From the NCBI RefSeq assembly GCF_009914755.1, contig NC_060925.1: a stretch of DNA of 64,000 bases; one strand, 5' to 3'. The notes under the pieces were generated by a model. The model ran no database searches. It was not told where the DNA came from and worked only from the letters and a program-made list of their open reading frames with translations. The stretch is from the human T2T-CHM13v2.0 reference genome, Homo sapiens. The position numbers were made by a program, and so were the translations under genes. Positions 1-14,100 of the stretch are shown here, piece after piece; position 1 is the stretch's first letter; each line of letters starts with the position of its first letter.

Positions 1-3000
1 ATCATTATCAAATGGAATCGAATGGAATCACCGAATAGAATCGAATGGAACAATCATCGAATGGACTCCAATGGAATTATCCTCAAATGGAATCGAATGG
101 AATTATCGAATGCAATCGAATGGAATTATCGAATGCAATCGAATAGAATCATCGAATGGACTCGAATGGAATCATCGAATGGAATGGAATGGAACAGTCA
201 ATGAACTCGAATGGAATCATCATTGAATGGAATCGAATGGAATCATCGAGTGGAATCGAATGGAATTATGATCAAATGGAATCGAATGTAATCATCATCA
301 AATGGAATCAAAGATAACCATCATCAATTGGTATTGAATGGAATTGTCATCAAATGGAATTCAAAGGAATCATCACCAAATGGAACCGAAAGGAATCCTC
401 ATTGAATGGAAATGAAAGGGGTCATCATCTAATGGAATCGCATGGAATCATCATCAAATGGAATCGAATGGAATCATCATCAGATGGAATCTAATGGAAT
501 CATTGAACAGAATTGAATGGAATCGTCATCGAATGAATTGAATGCAATCATCGAATGGTCTCGAACGGAATCATATTCTAATGGAAAGGAATGGAATCAT
601 CGCATAGAATCGAATGGAATTAACATTGAATGGACTCGAATGGAATCAACATCAAACGGAATCAAGCGGAATTATCGAATGGAATCGAAGAGAATCATCG
701 AATGGACTCGAATGGAATCATCTAATGGAATGGAATGGAATAATCCACGGACTCGAATGCAATCATCATCGTATAGAATCGAATGGAATCATCGAAAGGA
801 CTCGAAAGGAATAATCATTGAACGGAATCGAATGGAATCATCATCGGATGGAAACTAATGGAATCATCATCGAATGGAAATGAAAGGAGTCATCATCTAA
901 TGGAATTGCATGGAATCATCATAAAATGGAATCGAATGGAATCATCATCAAATGGAATCAAATGGAATCATTGAACGGAATTGAATGGAATCGTCATCGA
1001 ATGAATTGAATGCAATCATCGAATGGTCTCGAATGGAATCATCTTCAAATGGAATGGAATGGAATCATCGCATAGAATCGAATGGAATTATCATCGAATG
1101 GAATCGAATGGAATCAACATCAAATGGGAAAAAACGGAATTATCGAATGGAATCGAAGAGAATCATCGAATGGACCCGAATGGAATCATCTAATGGAATG
1201 GAATGGAATAATCCATGAACTCGAATGCAATCATCATCGAATGGAATCGAATGGAATCATCGAATGGACTCGAATGGAATAATCATCAAACGGAATCGAA
1301 TGGAATCATCATCGGATGGAAATGAATAGAATCATCATCGAATGGAATCGAATAGAATTATGGAATGAAATCCAGTGTGATCATCATGGAATGGACCCGA
1401 ATGGAATCATCATCCAACGGAAGCTAATGGAATCAACATCGAATGAATCGAATGGAAACACCATCGAATTGAAACGAATGGAATTATCATGAAATTGAAA
1501 TGGATGGACTCATCATCGAATGGATTCGAATGGAATCATCGAATAAAATTGATTGAAATCGTCATCAAATGGAATCGAATGGTATCATTGAATGGAATCG
1601 AATGGAATCATCATCAGATGGAAATGAATGGAATCGTCATAGAATGGAATCGAATGGATTCATTGAGTGGAATCAGATGGAATCATCGAATGGACTGGAA
1701 TGGAATCACTGAATGGACTCGAAAGGGATCATCATTGAATGGAATTGAATGGAATCATGGAATGGTCTCGATTGGAATCATTATCAAATGGAATCGAATG
1801 AAATCACCGAATAGAATCGAATGGAACAATCATCGAATGGACTCAAATGGAATTATCTTCAAATGGAATCGAATGGAATTATCGAATGCAATCGAATGGA
1901 ATTATCGAATGCAATCGAATAGAATCATCGAATGGACTCGAATGGAATCATCAAATGGAATGGAATGGAACAGTCAATGAACTCGAATGGAATCATCATT
2001 GAATGGAATCGAATGGAATCATCGAGTGGAATCGAATGGAATTATGATCAAATGGAATCGAATGTAATCATCATCAAATGGAATCAAAAATAACCATCAT
2101 CAATTGGTATTCAATGGAATTGTCATCAAATGGAATTCAAAGGTATCATCATCAAATGGAACCGAATGGAATCCTCATTGAATGGAAATGAAAGGGGTCA
2201 TCATCTAATGGAATCGCATGGAATCATCATCAAATGGAATCGAATGGAATCATCATCAAATGGAATCTAATGGAATCATTGAACAGAATTGAATGGAATC
2301 GTCGTCGAATGAATTGAATGCAATCATCGAATGGTCTCGAATGGAATCATCTTCTAATGGAAAGTAATGGAATCATCGCATAGAATCGAATGGAATTAAA
2401 ATTGAATGGACTCGAATGGAATCAACATCAAACGGAAAAAAACGGAATTATCGAATGGAATCGAAGAGAATCATCGAACGGACCCGAATGGAATCATCTA
2501 ATGGAATGGAATGGAATAATCCATGGACTCGAATGCAATCATCATCGAATGGAATCGAATGGAATCATCGAATGGACTCGAATGGAATAATCATTGAACG
2601 GAATCGAATGGAATCATCATCGGATGGAAAAGAATGGAATCATCATCGAATGGAAATGAAAGGAGTCATCATCTAATGGAATTGCATGGAATCATCATAA
2701 AATGGAATCGAATGGAATCAACATCAAATGGAATCCAATGGAATCATTGAACGGAATTGAATGGAATCGTCATCGAATCAATTGAATGCAATCATCGAAT
2801 GGTCTCGAATGGAATCATGTTCAAATGGAATGGAATGGAATCATCGCATAGAATCGAATGTAATTATCATCGAATGGAATCGAATGAAATCAACAACAAA
2901 CGGAAAAAAAAGGAATTATCGAATGGAATCAAAGAGAATCATCGAATGGACCCGAATGGAATCATCTAATGGAAGGGAATGGAATAATCCATGGACTCGA

Positions 3001-6000
3001 ATGCAATCATCATCGAATGGAATCGAATGGAATCATCGAATGGACTCGAATGGAATAATCATAGAACGGAATCGAATGGAATCATCATCGGATGGAAATG
3101 AATGGAATCACCATCGAATGGAATCGAATAGAATTATGGAATGAAATCCAGTGTGATCATCATCGAATGGACCCGAAGGGAATCATCATCCAACGGAAGC
3201 TAATGGAAACAACATCGAATGAATCGAATGGAAACACCATCGAATTGAAACGAGTGGAATTATCATGAAATTGAAATGGATGGACTCATCATCGAATGGA
3301 TTCGAATGGAATCATCGAATAAAATTGATTGAAATCATCATCAAATGGAATCGAATGGTATCATTGAATGGAATCGAATGGAATCATCATCAGATGGAAA
3401 TGAATGGAATCGTCATAGAATGGAATCGAATGGATTCATTGAATGGAATCAGATGGAATCATCGAATGGACTGGAATGGAATCATTGAATGGACTCGAGA
3501 GGGATCATTATTGAATGGATGAATGGAATCATGGAATGGTCTCGATTGGAATCATTATCAAATGGAATCGAATGGAATCACCGAATAGAATCGAATGGAA
3601 CAATCATCGAATGGACTCCAATGGAATTATCCTCAAATGGAATCGTATGGAATTATCGAATGCAATCGAATGGAATTATCGAATGCAATCGAATAGAATC
3701 ATCGAATGGACTCGAATGGAATCATCGAATGGAATGGAATGGAACAGTCAATGAACTCGAATGGAATCATCATTGAATGGAATCGAATGGAATCATCGAG
3801 TGGAATCGAATGGAATTATGATCAAATGGAATCGAATGTAATCATCATCAAATGGAATCAAAGATAACCATCATCAATTGGTATTGAATGGAATTGTCAT
3901 CAAATGGAATTCAAAGGAATCATCACCAAATGGAACCGAAAGGAATCCTCATTGAATGGAAATGAAAGGGGTCATCATCTAATGGAATCGCATGGAATCA
4001 TCATCAAATGGAATCGAATGGAATCATCATCAGATGGAATCTAATGGAATCATTGAACAGAATTGAATGGAATCGTCATCGAATGAATTGAATGCAATCA
4101 TCGAATGGTCTCGAACGGAATCATCTTCTAATGGAAAGGAATGGAATCATCGCATAGAATCGAATGGAATTAACATTGAATGGACTCGAATGGAATCAAC
4201 ATCAAACGGAATCAAGTGGAATTATCGAATGGAATCGAAGAGAATCATCGAATGGACTCGAATGGAATCATCTAATGGAATGGAATGGAATAATCCACGG
4301 ACTCGAATGCAATCATCATCGTATAGAATCGAATGGAATCATCGAAAGGACTCGAAAGGAATAATCATTGAACGGAATCGAATGGAATCATCATCGGATG
4401 GAAACTAATGGAATCATCATCGAATGGAAATGAAAGGAGTCATCATCTAATGGAATTGCATGGAATCATCATAAAATGGAATCGAATGGAATCATCATCA
4501 AATGGAATCAAATGGAATCATTGAACGGAATTGAATGGAATCGTCATCGAATGAATTGAATGCAATCATCGAATGGTCTCGAATGGAATCATCTTCAAAT
4601 GGAATGGAATGGAATCATCGCATAGAATCGAATGGAATTATCATCGAATGGAATCGAATGGAATCAACATCAAATGGAAAAAACGGAATTATCGAATGGA
4701 ATCGAAGAGAATCATCGAATGGACCCGAATGGAATCATCTAATGGAATGGAATGGAATAATCCATGAACTCGAATGCAATCATCATCGAATGGAATCGAA
4801 TGGAATCATCGAATGGACTCGAATGGAATAATCATCAAACGGAATCGAATGGAATCATCATCGGATGGAAATGAATAGAATCATCATCGAATGGAATCGA
4901 ATAGAATTATGGAATGAAATCCAGTGTGATCATCATCGAATGGACCCGAATGGAATCATCATCCAACGGAAGCTAATGGAATCAACATCGAATGAATCGA
5001 ATGGAAACACCATCGAATTGAAACGAATGGAATTATCATGAAATTGAAATGGATGGACTCATCATGGAATGGATTCGAATGGAATCATCGAATAAAATTG
5101 ATTGAAATCATCATCAAATGGAATCGAATGGTATCATTGAATGGAATCGAATGGAATCATCATCAGATGGAAATGAATGGAATCGTCATAGAATGGAATC
5201 GAATGGATTCATTGAGTGGAATCAGATGGAATCATCGAATGGACTGGAATGGAATCACTGAATGGACTCGAAAGGGATCATCATTGAATGGAATTGAATG
5301 GAATCATGGAATGGTCTCGATTGGAATCATTATCAAATGGAATCGAATGAAATCACCGAATAGAATCGAATGGAACAATCATCGAATGGACTCAAATGGA
5401 ATTATCTTCAAATGGAATCGAATGGAATTATCGAATGCAATCGAATGGAATTATCGAATGCAATCGAATAGAATCATCGAATGGACTCGAATGGAATCAT
5501 CAAATGGAATGGAATGGAACAGTCAATGAACTCGAATGGAATCATCATTGAATGGAATCGAATGGAATCATCGAGTGGAATCGAATGGAATTATGATCAA
5601 ATGGAATCGAATGTAATCATCATCAAATGGAATCAAAAATAACCATCATCAATTGGTATTGAATGGATTTGTCATCAAATGGAATTCAAAGGAATCATCA
5701 TCAAATGGAACCGAATGGAATCCTCATTGAATGGAAATGAAAGGGGTCATCATCTAATGGAATCGCATGGAATCATCATCAAATGGAATCGAATGCAATC
5801 TTCATCAAATGGAATCTAATGGAATCATTGAACAGAATTGAATGGAATCGTCATCGAATGAATTGAATGCAATCATCGAATGGTCTCGAATGGAAACATC
5901 TTCTAATGGAAAGGAATGGAATCATCGCATAGAATCGAATGGAATTAACATTGAATGGACTCGAATGGAATCCACATCAAACGGAATCAAGCGGAATTAT

Positions 6001-7100
6001 CGAATGGAATCGAAGAGAATCATCCAATGGACTCGAATGGAATCATCTAATGGAATGGAATGGAATAATCCACGGACTCGAATGCTATCATCATCGTATA
6101 GAATCGAATGGAATCATCGAATGGACTCGAATGGAATAATCATTGAACGGAATCAAATGGAATCATCATCGGATGGAAACGAATGGAATCATCATCGAAT
6201 GGAAATGAAAAGAGTTATCATCTAATGGAATTGCATGGAATCATCATAAAATGGAATCGAATGGAATCAACATCAAATGGAATCAAATGGAATCATTGAA
6301 CGGAATTGAATGGAATCGTCATCGAATGAATTGAATGCAATCATCGAATGGTCTCGAAAGGAATCATCTTCAAATGGAATGGTATGGAATCCTCGCATAG
6401 AATCGAATGTAATTATCATCGAATGGAATCGAATGAAATCAACAACAAACGGAAAAAAAAGGAATTATCGAATGGAATCGAAGAGAATCATCGAATGGAC
6501 CCGAATGGAATGATCTAATGGAATGGAATGGAATAATCCATGGACTCGAATGCAATCATCATCGAATGGAATCGAATCGAATCATCGAATGGACTCGAAT
6601 GGAATAATCATTGAACGGAATCGCATGGAGTCATCATCGGATGGAACTGAATGGAATCATCATCGAATGGAATCGAATAGAATTATGGAATGAAATCCAG
6701 TGTGATCAGCATCGAATGGACCCGAATGGAATCATCATCCAACGGAAGCTAATGGAATCAACATCGAATGAATCGAATGGAAACACCATCGAATTGAAAC
6801 GAATGGAATTATCATGAAAGTGATATGGATGGACTCGTCATCGAATGGATTCGAATGGAATCATCGAATAAAATTGATTGAAATCATCATCAAGTGGAAT
6901 CGAATGGTATCATTGAATGGAATCGAATGGAATCATCAGATGGAAATGGATTGAATCGTCATAGAATGGAATCGAATGGATTCATTGAATGGAATCAGAT
7001 GGAATCATCGAATGGACTGGAATGGAATCATTGAATGGACTCGAAAGGGATCATTATTGAATGGAATTGAATGGAATCATCGAATGGTCTCGATTGGAAT
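1..7100 (+). repeat. ~3.55-kb dimeric higher-order repeat (2 x 1776-bp units), more diverged
   Basis: Variant-matched positions recur at +3549/3550: 517/4067 (aaagataacc, gaaactaatgg, ctcgaacgg), 985/4535 (ccatgaactc), 1489/5038 (ttgagtgg, atcactgaat) and 2761/6310 (gaatgtaatt, gaaatcaacaacaaac). Confidence 0.8.
357..2132 (+). repeat. Representative 1776-bp unit (EcoRI to EcoRI), containing two related tandem ~468-bp blocks (A and B) plus ~840 bp of non-duplicated satellite
   Basis: GAATTC at 357 and 2133. The motif TTGAATGGAATCGTCATCGAATGAATTGAATGCAATC occurs twice per unit, 468 bp apart (ORF starts 517 and 985). Confidence 0.9.
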
Positions 7101-7614
7101 CATTATCAAATGGAATCGAATGGAATCACCGAATAGAATCGAATGGAACAATCATCGAATGGACACAAATGGAATTATCCTCAAATGGAATCGAATGGAA
7201 TTATCGAATGCAATCGAATGGAATTATCGAATGCAATCGAATAGAATCATCGAATAGATTCGAATGGAATCATCGAATGGAATGGAATGGAACAGTCAAT
7301 GAACTCGAATGGAATCATCATTGAATGGAATCGAATGGAATCATCGAGTGGAATCGAATGGAATTTTGATCAAAAGGAATCGAATGTAATCATCATCAAA
7401 TGGAATCAAAAATAACAATCATCAATTGGTATTGAATGGAATTGTCATCAAATGGAATTCAAAGGAATCATCATCAAATGGAACCGAATGGAATCCTCAT
7501 TGAATGGAAATGAAAGGGGTCATCATCTAATGGAATCACATGGAATCATCATCAAATGGAATCGAAAGGAATCATCATCAAATGGAATCTAATGGAATCA
7601 TTGAACAGAATTGA

Positions 7615-10600
7615 ATGGAATCGTCATCGAATGAATTGAATACAATCATCGAATGGTCTCGAATGGAATCATCTTCTAATGGAAAGGAATGGAATCATCG
7701 CATAGAATCGAATGGAATTAACATTGAATGGACTCGAATGGAATCAACATCTAACGGAATCAAGCGGAATTATCGAATGTAATCGAAGAGAACCATCGAA
7801 TGGACTCGAATGGAATCATCTAATGGAATGGAATGGAATAATCCACGGACTCGAATGCAATCATCATCGTATAGAATCGAATGGAATCATTGAATGGACT
7901 CGAATGGAATCATCATTGAACGGAATCGAATGGAATCATCATCGGATGGAAACGAATGGAATTATCATCGAATGGAAATGAAAGGAGTCATCATCTAATG
8001 GAATCGCATGGAATCATCATAAAATGGAATTGAATGGAATCAACATCAAATGGAATCAAATGGAATCATTGAACAGAATTGAATGGAATCGTCATCGTAT
8101 GAATTGAATGCAATCATCGAATGGTCTCGAATGGAATCATCTTCAAATGGAATGGAATGGAATCATCGCATAGAATCGAATGGAATTATCATCGAATGGA
8201 ATCGAAAGGTATCAACATCAAACGGAAAAAAACGGAATTATCGAATGGAATCGAAGAGAATCATCGAACGGACCCGAATGGAATCATCTAATGGAAAGGA
8301 ATGGAATAATCCATGGACTGGAATCCAATCATCATCGAATGGAATCGAATGGAATCATTGAAAGGACTCTAATGGAATAATCATTGAACGGAATCGAATG
8401 GAATCATCATCGAATGGAAACTAATGGAATCATCATCGAATGGAAATGAAAGGAGTCATCTAATGGAATTGCACGGAATCAACATAAAATGGAATCGAAT
8501 GGAATCAACATCAAATGGAATGAAATGGAATCATTGAACGGAATTGAATGGAATCTTCATCGAATGAATTGAATGCAATCATCGAATGGTCTCGAATGGA
8601 ATCATCGAATGGAATGGAATGGAACAGTCAATGAACTCGAATGGAATCATCATTGAATGGAATCGAATGGAATCATCGAGTGGAATCGAATGTAATCATC
8701 ATCAAATGGAATCAAAAATAACCATCATCAAATGGAATCAAAAATAACCATCATCAATTGGTATTGAATGGAATTCTCATCAAATGGAATTCAAAGGAAT
8801 CATCATCAAATGGAACCGAATGGAATCCTCATTGAATGGAAATGAAAGGGGTCATCATCTAATGGAATCGCATGGAATCATCATCAAATGGAATCGAATG
8901 GAATCATCATCAAATGGAATCTAATGGAATCATTGAAAAGAATTGAATGGAATCGTCATCGAATGAATTTAATGCAATCATCGAATGGTCTCGAATGGAA
9001 TCATCTTCTAATGGAAAGGACTGGAATCATCGCATAGAATCGAATGGAATTATCATCGAATGGAATCGAATGGTATCAACACCAAACGGAAAAAAACGGA
9101 ATTATCGAATGGAATCGAAGAGAATCTTCGAACGGACCCGAATGGAATCATCTAATGGAATGGAATGGAATAATCCATGGACACGAATGCAATCATCATC
9201 GAATGGAATCGAATGGAATCATCGAATGGACTCGAATGGAATAATCATTGAACGGAATCGAATGGAATCATCATCGGATGGAAACGAATGGAATCATCAT
9301 CGAATGGAAATGAAAGGAGTCATCATCTAATGGAATTGCATGGAATCATCATCAAATGGAATCGAATGGAATCATCATCAAATGGAATCTAATGGAATCA
9401 TTGAAAGAATTGAATGGAATCATCATCGAATGAATTGAATGCAATCATCGAATGGTCTCGAATGGAATCATCTTCTAATGGAAAGGAATGGAATCATCGC
9501 ATAGAATCGAATGGAATTATCATCGAATGGAATCGAATGGTATCAACACCAAACGGAAAAAAACGGAATTATCGAATGGAATCGAAGAGAATCTTCGAAC
9601 GGACCCGAATGGAATCATCTAATGGAATGGAATGGAATAATCCATGGACTCGAATGCAATCATCATCGAATGGAATCGAATGGAATCATCGAATGGACTC
9701 GAATGGAATAATCATTGAACGGAATCGAATGGAATCATCATCGGATGGAAACGAATGGAATCATCATCGAATGGAAATGAAAGGAGTCATCATCTAATGG
9801 AATTGCATGGAATCATCATAAAATGGAATCGAATGGAATCAACATCAAATGGAATCAAATGGAATCATTGAACGGAATTGAATGGAATCGTCATCGAATG
9901 AATTGAATGCAATCATCGAATGGTCTCGAATGGAATCATCTTCAAATGGAATGGAATGGAATCATCGCATAGAATCGAATGGAATTATCATCGAATGGAA
10001 TCGAATGGAATCAACATCAAACGGAAAAAAACGGAATTATCGAATGGAATCGAAGAGAATCATCGAATGGACCCGAATGGAATCATCTAATGGAATGGAA
10101 TGGAATAATCCATGGACTCGAATGCAATCATCATCGAATGGAATCGAATGGAATCATCGAATGGACTCGAATGGAATAATCATTGAACGGAATCGAATGG
10201 AATCATCATCGGATGGAAATGAAAGGAGTCATCATCTAATGGAATTGCATGGAATCATCATAAAATGGAATCGAATGGAATCAACATCAAATGGAATCAA
10301 ATGGAATCATTGAACGGAATTGAATGGAATCGTCATCGAATGAATTGAATGCAATCATCGAATGGTCTCGAATGGAATCATCTTCAAATGGAATGGAATG
10401 GAATCATCGCATAGAATCGAATGGAATTATCATCGAATGGAATCGAATGGAATCAACATCAAACGGAAAAAAACGGAATTATCGAATGGAATCGAAGAGA
10501 ATCATCGAATGGACCCGAATGGAATCATCTAATGGAATGGAATGGAATAATCCATGGACTCGAAAGCAATCATCATCGAATGGAATCGAATGGAATCATC

Positions 10601-11150
10601 GAATGGACTCGAATGGAATAATCATTGAACGGAATCGAATGGAATCATCATCGGATGGAAACGAATGGAATCATCATCGAATGGAAATGAAAGGAGTCAT
10701 CATCTAATGGAATTGCATGGAATCATCATCAAATGGAATCGAATGGAATCAACATCAAATGGAATCAAATGGAATCATTGAACGGAATTGAATGGAATCG
10801 TCATCGAATGAATTGAATGCAATCATCGAATGGTCTCGAATGGAATCTTCTTCAAATGGAATGGAATGGAATCATCGCATAGAATCGAATGGAATTATCA
10901 TCGAATGGAATCGAATGGTATCAACATCAAATGGAAAAAAAAGGAATTATCGAATGGAATCGAAGAGAATCTTCGAACGGACCCGAATGGAATCATCTAA
11001 TGGAATGGAATGGAATAATCCATGGACTCGAATGCAATCATCATCGAATGGAATCGAATGGAATCATTGAAAGGACTCGAATGGAATAATCATTGAACGG
11101 AATCGAATGGAATCATCATGGGATGGAAATGAATGGAATCATCATCGAAT
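7615..11150 (+). repeat. Local expansion of the 468-bp sub-block (3 block starts, a deletion, then 5 consecutive blocks)
   Basis: Block starts at 7615, 8083, 8548 (truncated), 8947, 9414, 9882, 10324 and 10792. The unit landmark is absent between 6814 and 11296. Confidence 0.85.
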
Positions 11151-14100
11151 GGAATCGAATAGAATTATGGAATGAAATCCAGTGTGATCATCATCGAATG
11201 GACCCGAATGGAATCATCATCCAACGGAAGCTAATGGAATCAACATCGAATGAATCGAATGGAAACACCATCGAATTGAAACGAATGGAATTACCATGAA
11301 ATTGAAATGGATGGACTCATCATCGAATGGATTCGAATGGAATCATCGAATAAAATTGATTGAAATCATCATCGAATGGAATCGAATGGTATCATTGAAT
11401 GGAATCGAATGGAATCATCATCAGATGGAAATGAATGGAATCGTCATAGAATGGGATCGAATGGATTCATTGAATGGAATCAGATGGAATCATCGAATGG
11501 ACTGGAATGGAATCATTGAATGGACTCGAAAGGGATCATTATTGAATGGAATTGAATGGAATCATCGAATGGTCTCGATTGGAATCATTATCAAATGGAA
11601 TCGAATGGAATCACCGAATAGAATCGAATGGAACAATCATCGAATGGACTCAAATGGAATTATCCTCAAATGGAATCGAATGGAATTATCGAATGCAATC
11701 GAATGGAATTATCGAATGCAATCGAATAGAATCATCGAATGGACTCGAATGGAATCATCGAATGGAGTGGAATGGAACAGTCAATGAACTCGAATGGAAT
11801 CATCATTGAATGGAATCGAATGGAATCATCGAGTGGAATCGAATGGAATTATGATCAAATGGAATCGAATGTAATCATCATCAAATGGAATCAAAAATAA
11901 CCATCATCAATTGGTATTGAATGGAATTGTCATCAAATGGAATTTAAAGGAATCATCATCAAATGGAACCGAATGGAATCCTCATTGAATGGAAATGAAA
12001 GGGGTCATCATGTAATGGAATCGCATGGAATCATCATCAAATGGAATCGAATGGAATCATCATCAAATGGAATCTAATGGAATCATTGAAAGAATTGAAT
12101 GGAATCATCATCGAATGAATTGAATGCAATCATCGAATGGTCTCGAATGGAATCATCTTCTAATGGAAAGGAATGGAATCATCGCATAGAATCGAATGGA
12201 ATTATCATCGAATGGAATCGAATGGTATCAACACCAAACGGAAAAAAACGGAATTATCGAATGGAATCGAAGAGAATCATCGAATGGACCCGAATGGAAT
12301 CATCTAATGGAATGGAATGGAATAATCCATGGACTCGAATGCAATCATCATCGAATGGAATCGAATGGAATCATCGAATGGACTCGAATGGAATAATCAT
12401 TGAAAGGAATCGAATGGAATCATCATCGGATGGAAACGAATGGAATCATCATCGAATGGAATCGAATAGAATTATGGAATGAAATCCAGTGTGATCATCA
12501 TCGAATGGACCCGAATGGAATCATCATCCAACGGAAGCTAATGGAATCAACATCGAATGAATCAAATGGAAACACCATCGAATTGAAACGAATGGAATTA
12601 CCATGAAATTGAAATGGATGGACTCATCATCAAATGGATTCGAATGGAATCATCGAATAAAATTGATTGAAATCATCATCGAATGGAATCGAATGGTATC
12701 ATTGAATGGAATCGAATGGAATCATCATCAGATGGAAATGAATGGAATCGTCATAGAATGGAATCGAATGGATTCATTGAATGGAATCAGATGGAATCAT
12801 TGAATGGACTGGAATGGAATCATTGAATGGACTCGAAAGGGATCATGATTGAATGGAATTGAATGGAATCATCGAATGGTCTCGATTGGAATCATTATCA
12901 AATGGAATCGAATGGAATCACTGAATAGAATCGAATGGAACAATCATCGAATGGACTCAAATGGAATTATCCTCCAATGGAATCGAATGGAATTATCGAA
13001 TGCAATCGAATGGAATTATCGAATGCAATCGAATAAAATCATCGAATGGACTCGAATGGAATCATCGAATGGAATGGAATGGAACAGTCAATGAACTCGA
13101 ATGGAATCATCATTGAATGGAATCATCGAGTGGAATCGAAAGGAATTATGATCAAATGGAATCGAATGTAATCATCATCAAATGGAATCAAAAATAACCA
13201 TCATCAATTGGTATTGAATGGAATTGTCATCAAATGGAATTCAAAGGAATCATCATCAAATGGAACCGAATGGAATCCTCATTGAATGGAAATGAAAGGG
13301 GTCATCATCTAATGGAATCGCATGGAATCATCATCAAATGGAATCGAATGGAATCATCATCAAATGGAATCTAATGGAATCATTGAAAAGAATTGAATGG
13401 AATCGTCATCGAATGAATTTAATGCAATCATCGAATGGTCTCGAATGGAATCATCTTCTAATGGAAAGGACTGGAATCATCGCATAGAATCGAATGGAAT
13501 TATCATCGAATGGAATCGAATGGTATCAACACCAAACGGAAAAAAACGGAATTATCGAATGGAATCGAAGAGAATCTTCGAACGGACCCGAATGGAATCA
13601 TCTAATGGAATGGAATGGAATAATCCATGGACTCGAATGCAATCATCATCGAATGGAATCGAATGGAATCATCGAATGGACTCGAATGGAATAATCATTG
13701 AAAGGAATCGAATGGAATCATCATCGGATGGAAACGAATGGAATCATCATCGAATGGAAATGAAAGGAGTCATCATCTAATGGAATTGCATGGAATCATC
13801 ATAAAATGGAATCGAATGGAATCAACATCAAATGGAATCAAATGGAATCATTGAACGGAATTGAATGGAATCGTCATCGAATGAATTGAATGCAATCATC
13901 GAATGGTCTCGAATGGAATCATCTTCAAATGGAATGGAATGGAATCATCGCATAGAATCGAATGGAATTATCATCGAATGGAATCGAATGGAATCAACAT
14001 CAAACGGAAAAAAACGGAATTATCGAATGGAATCGAAGATAATCATCGAATGGACCCGAATGGAATCATCTAATGGAATGGAATGGAATAATCCATGGAC

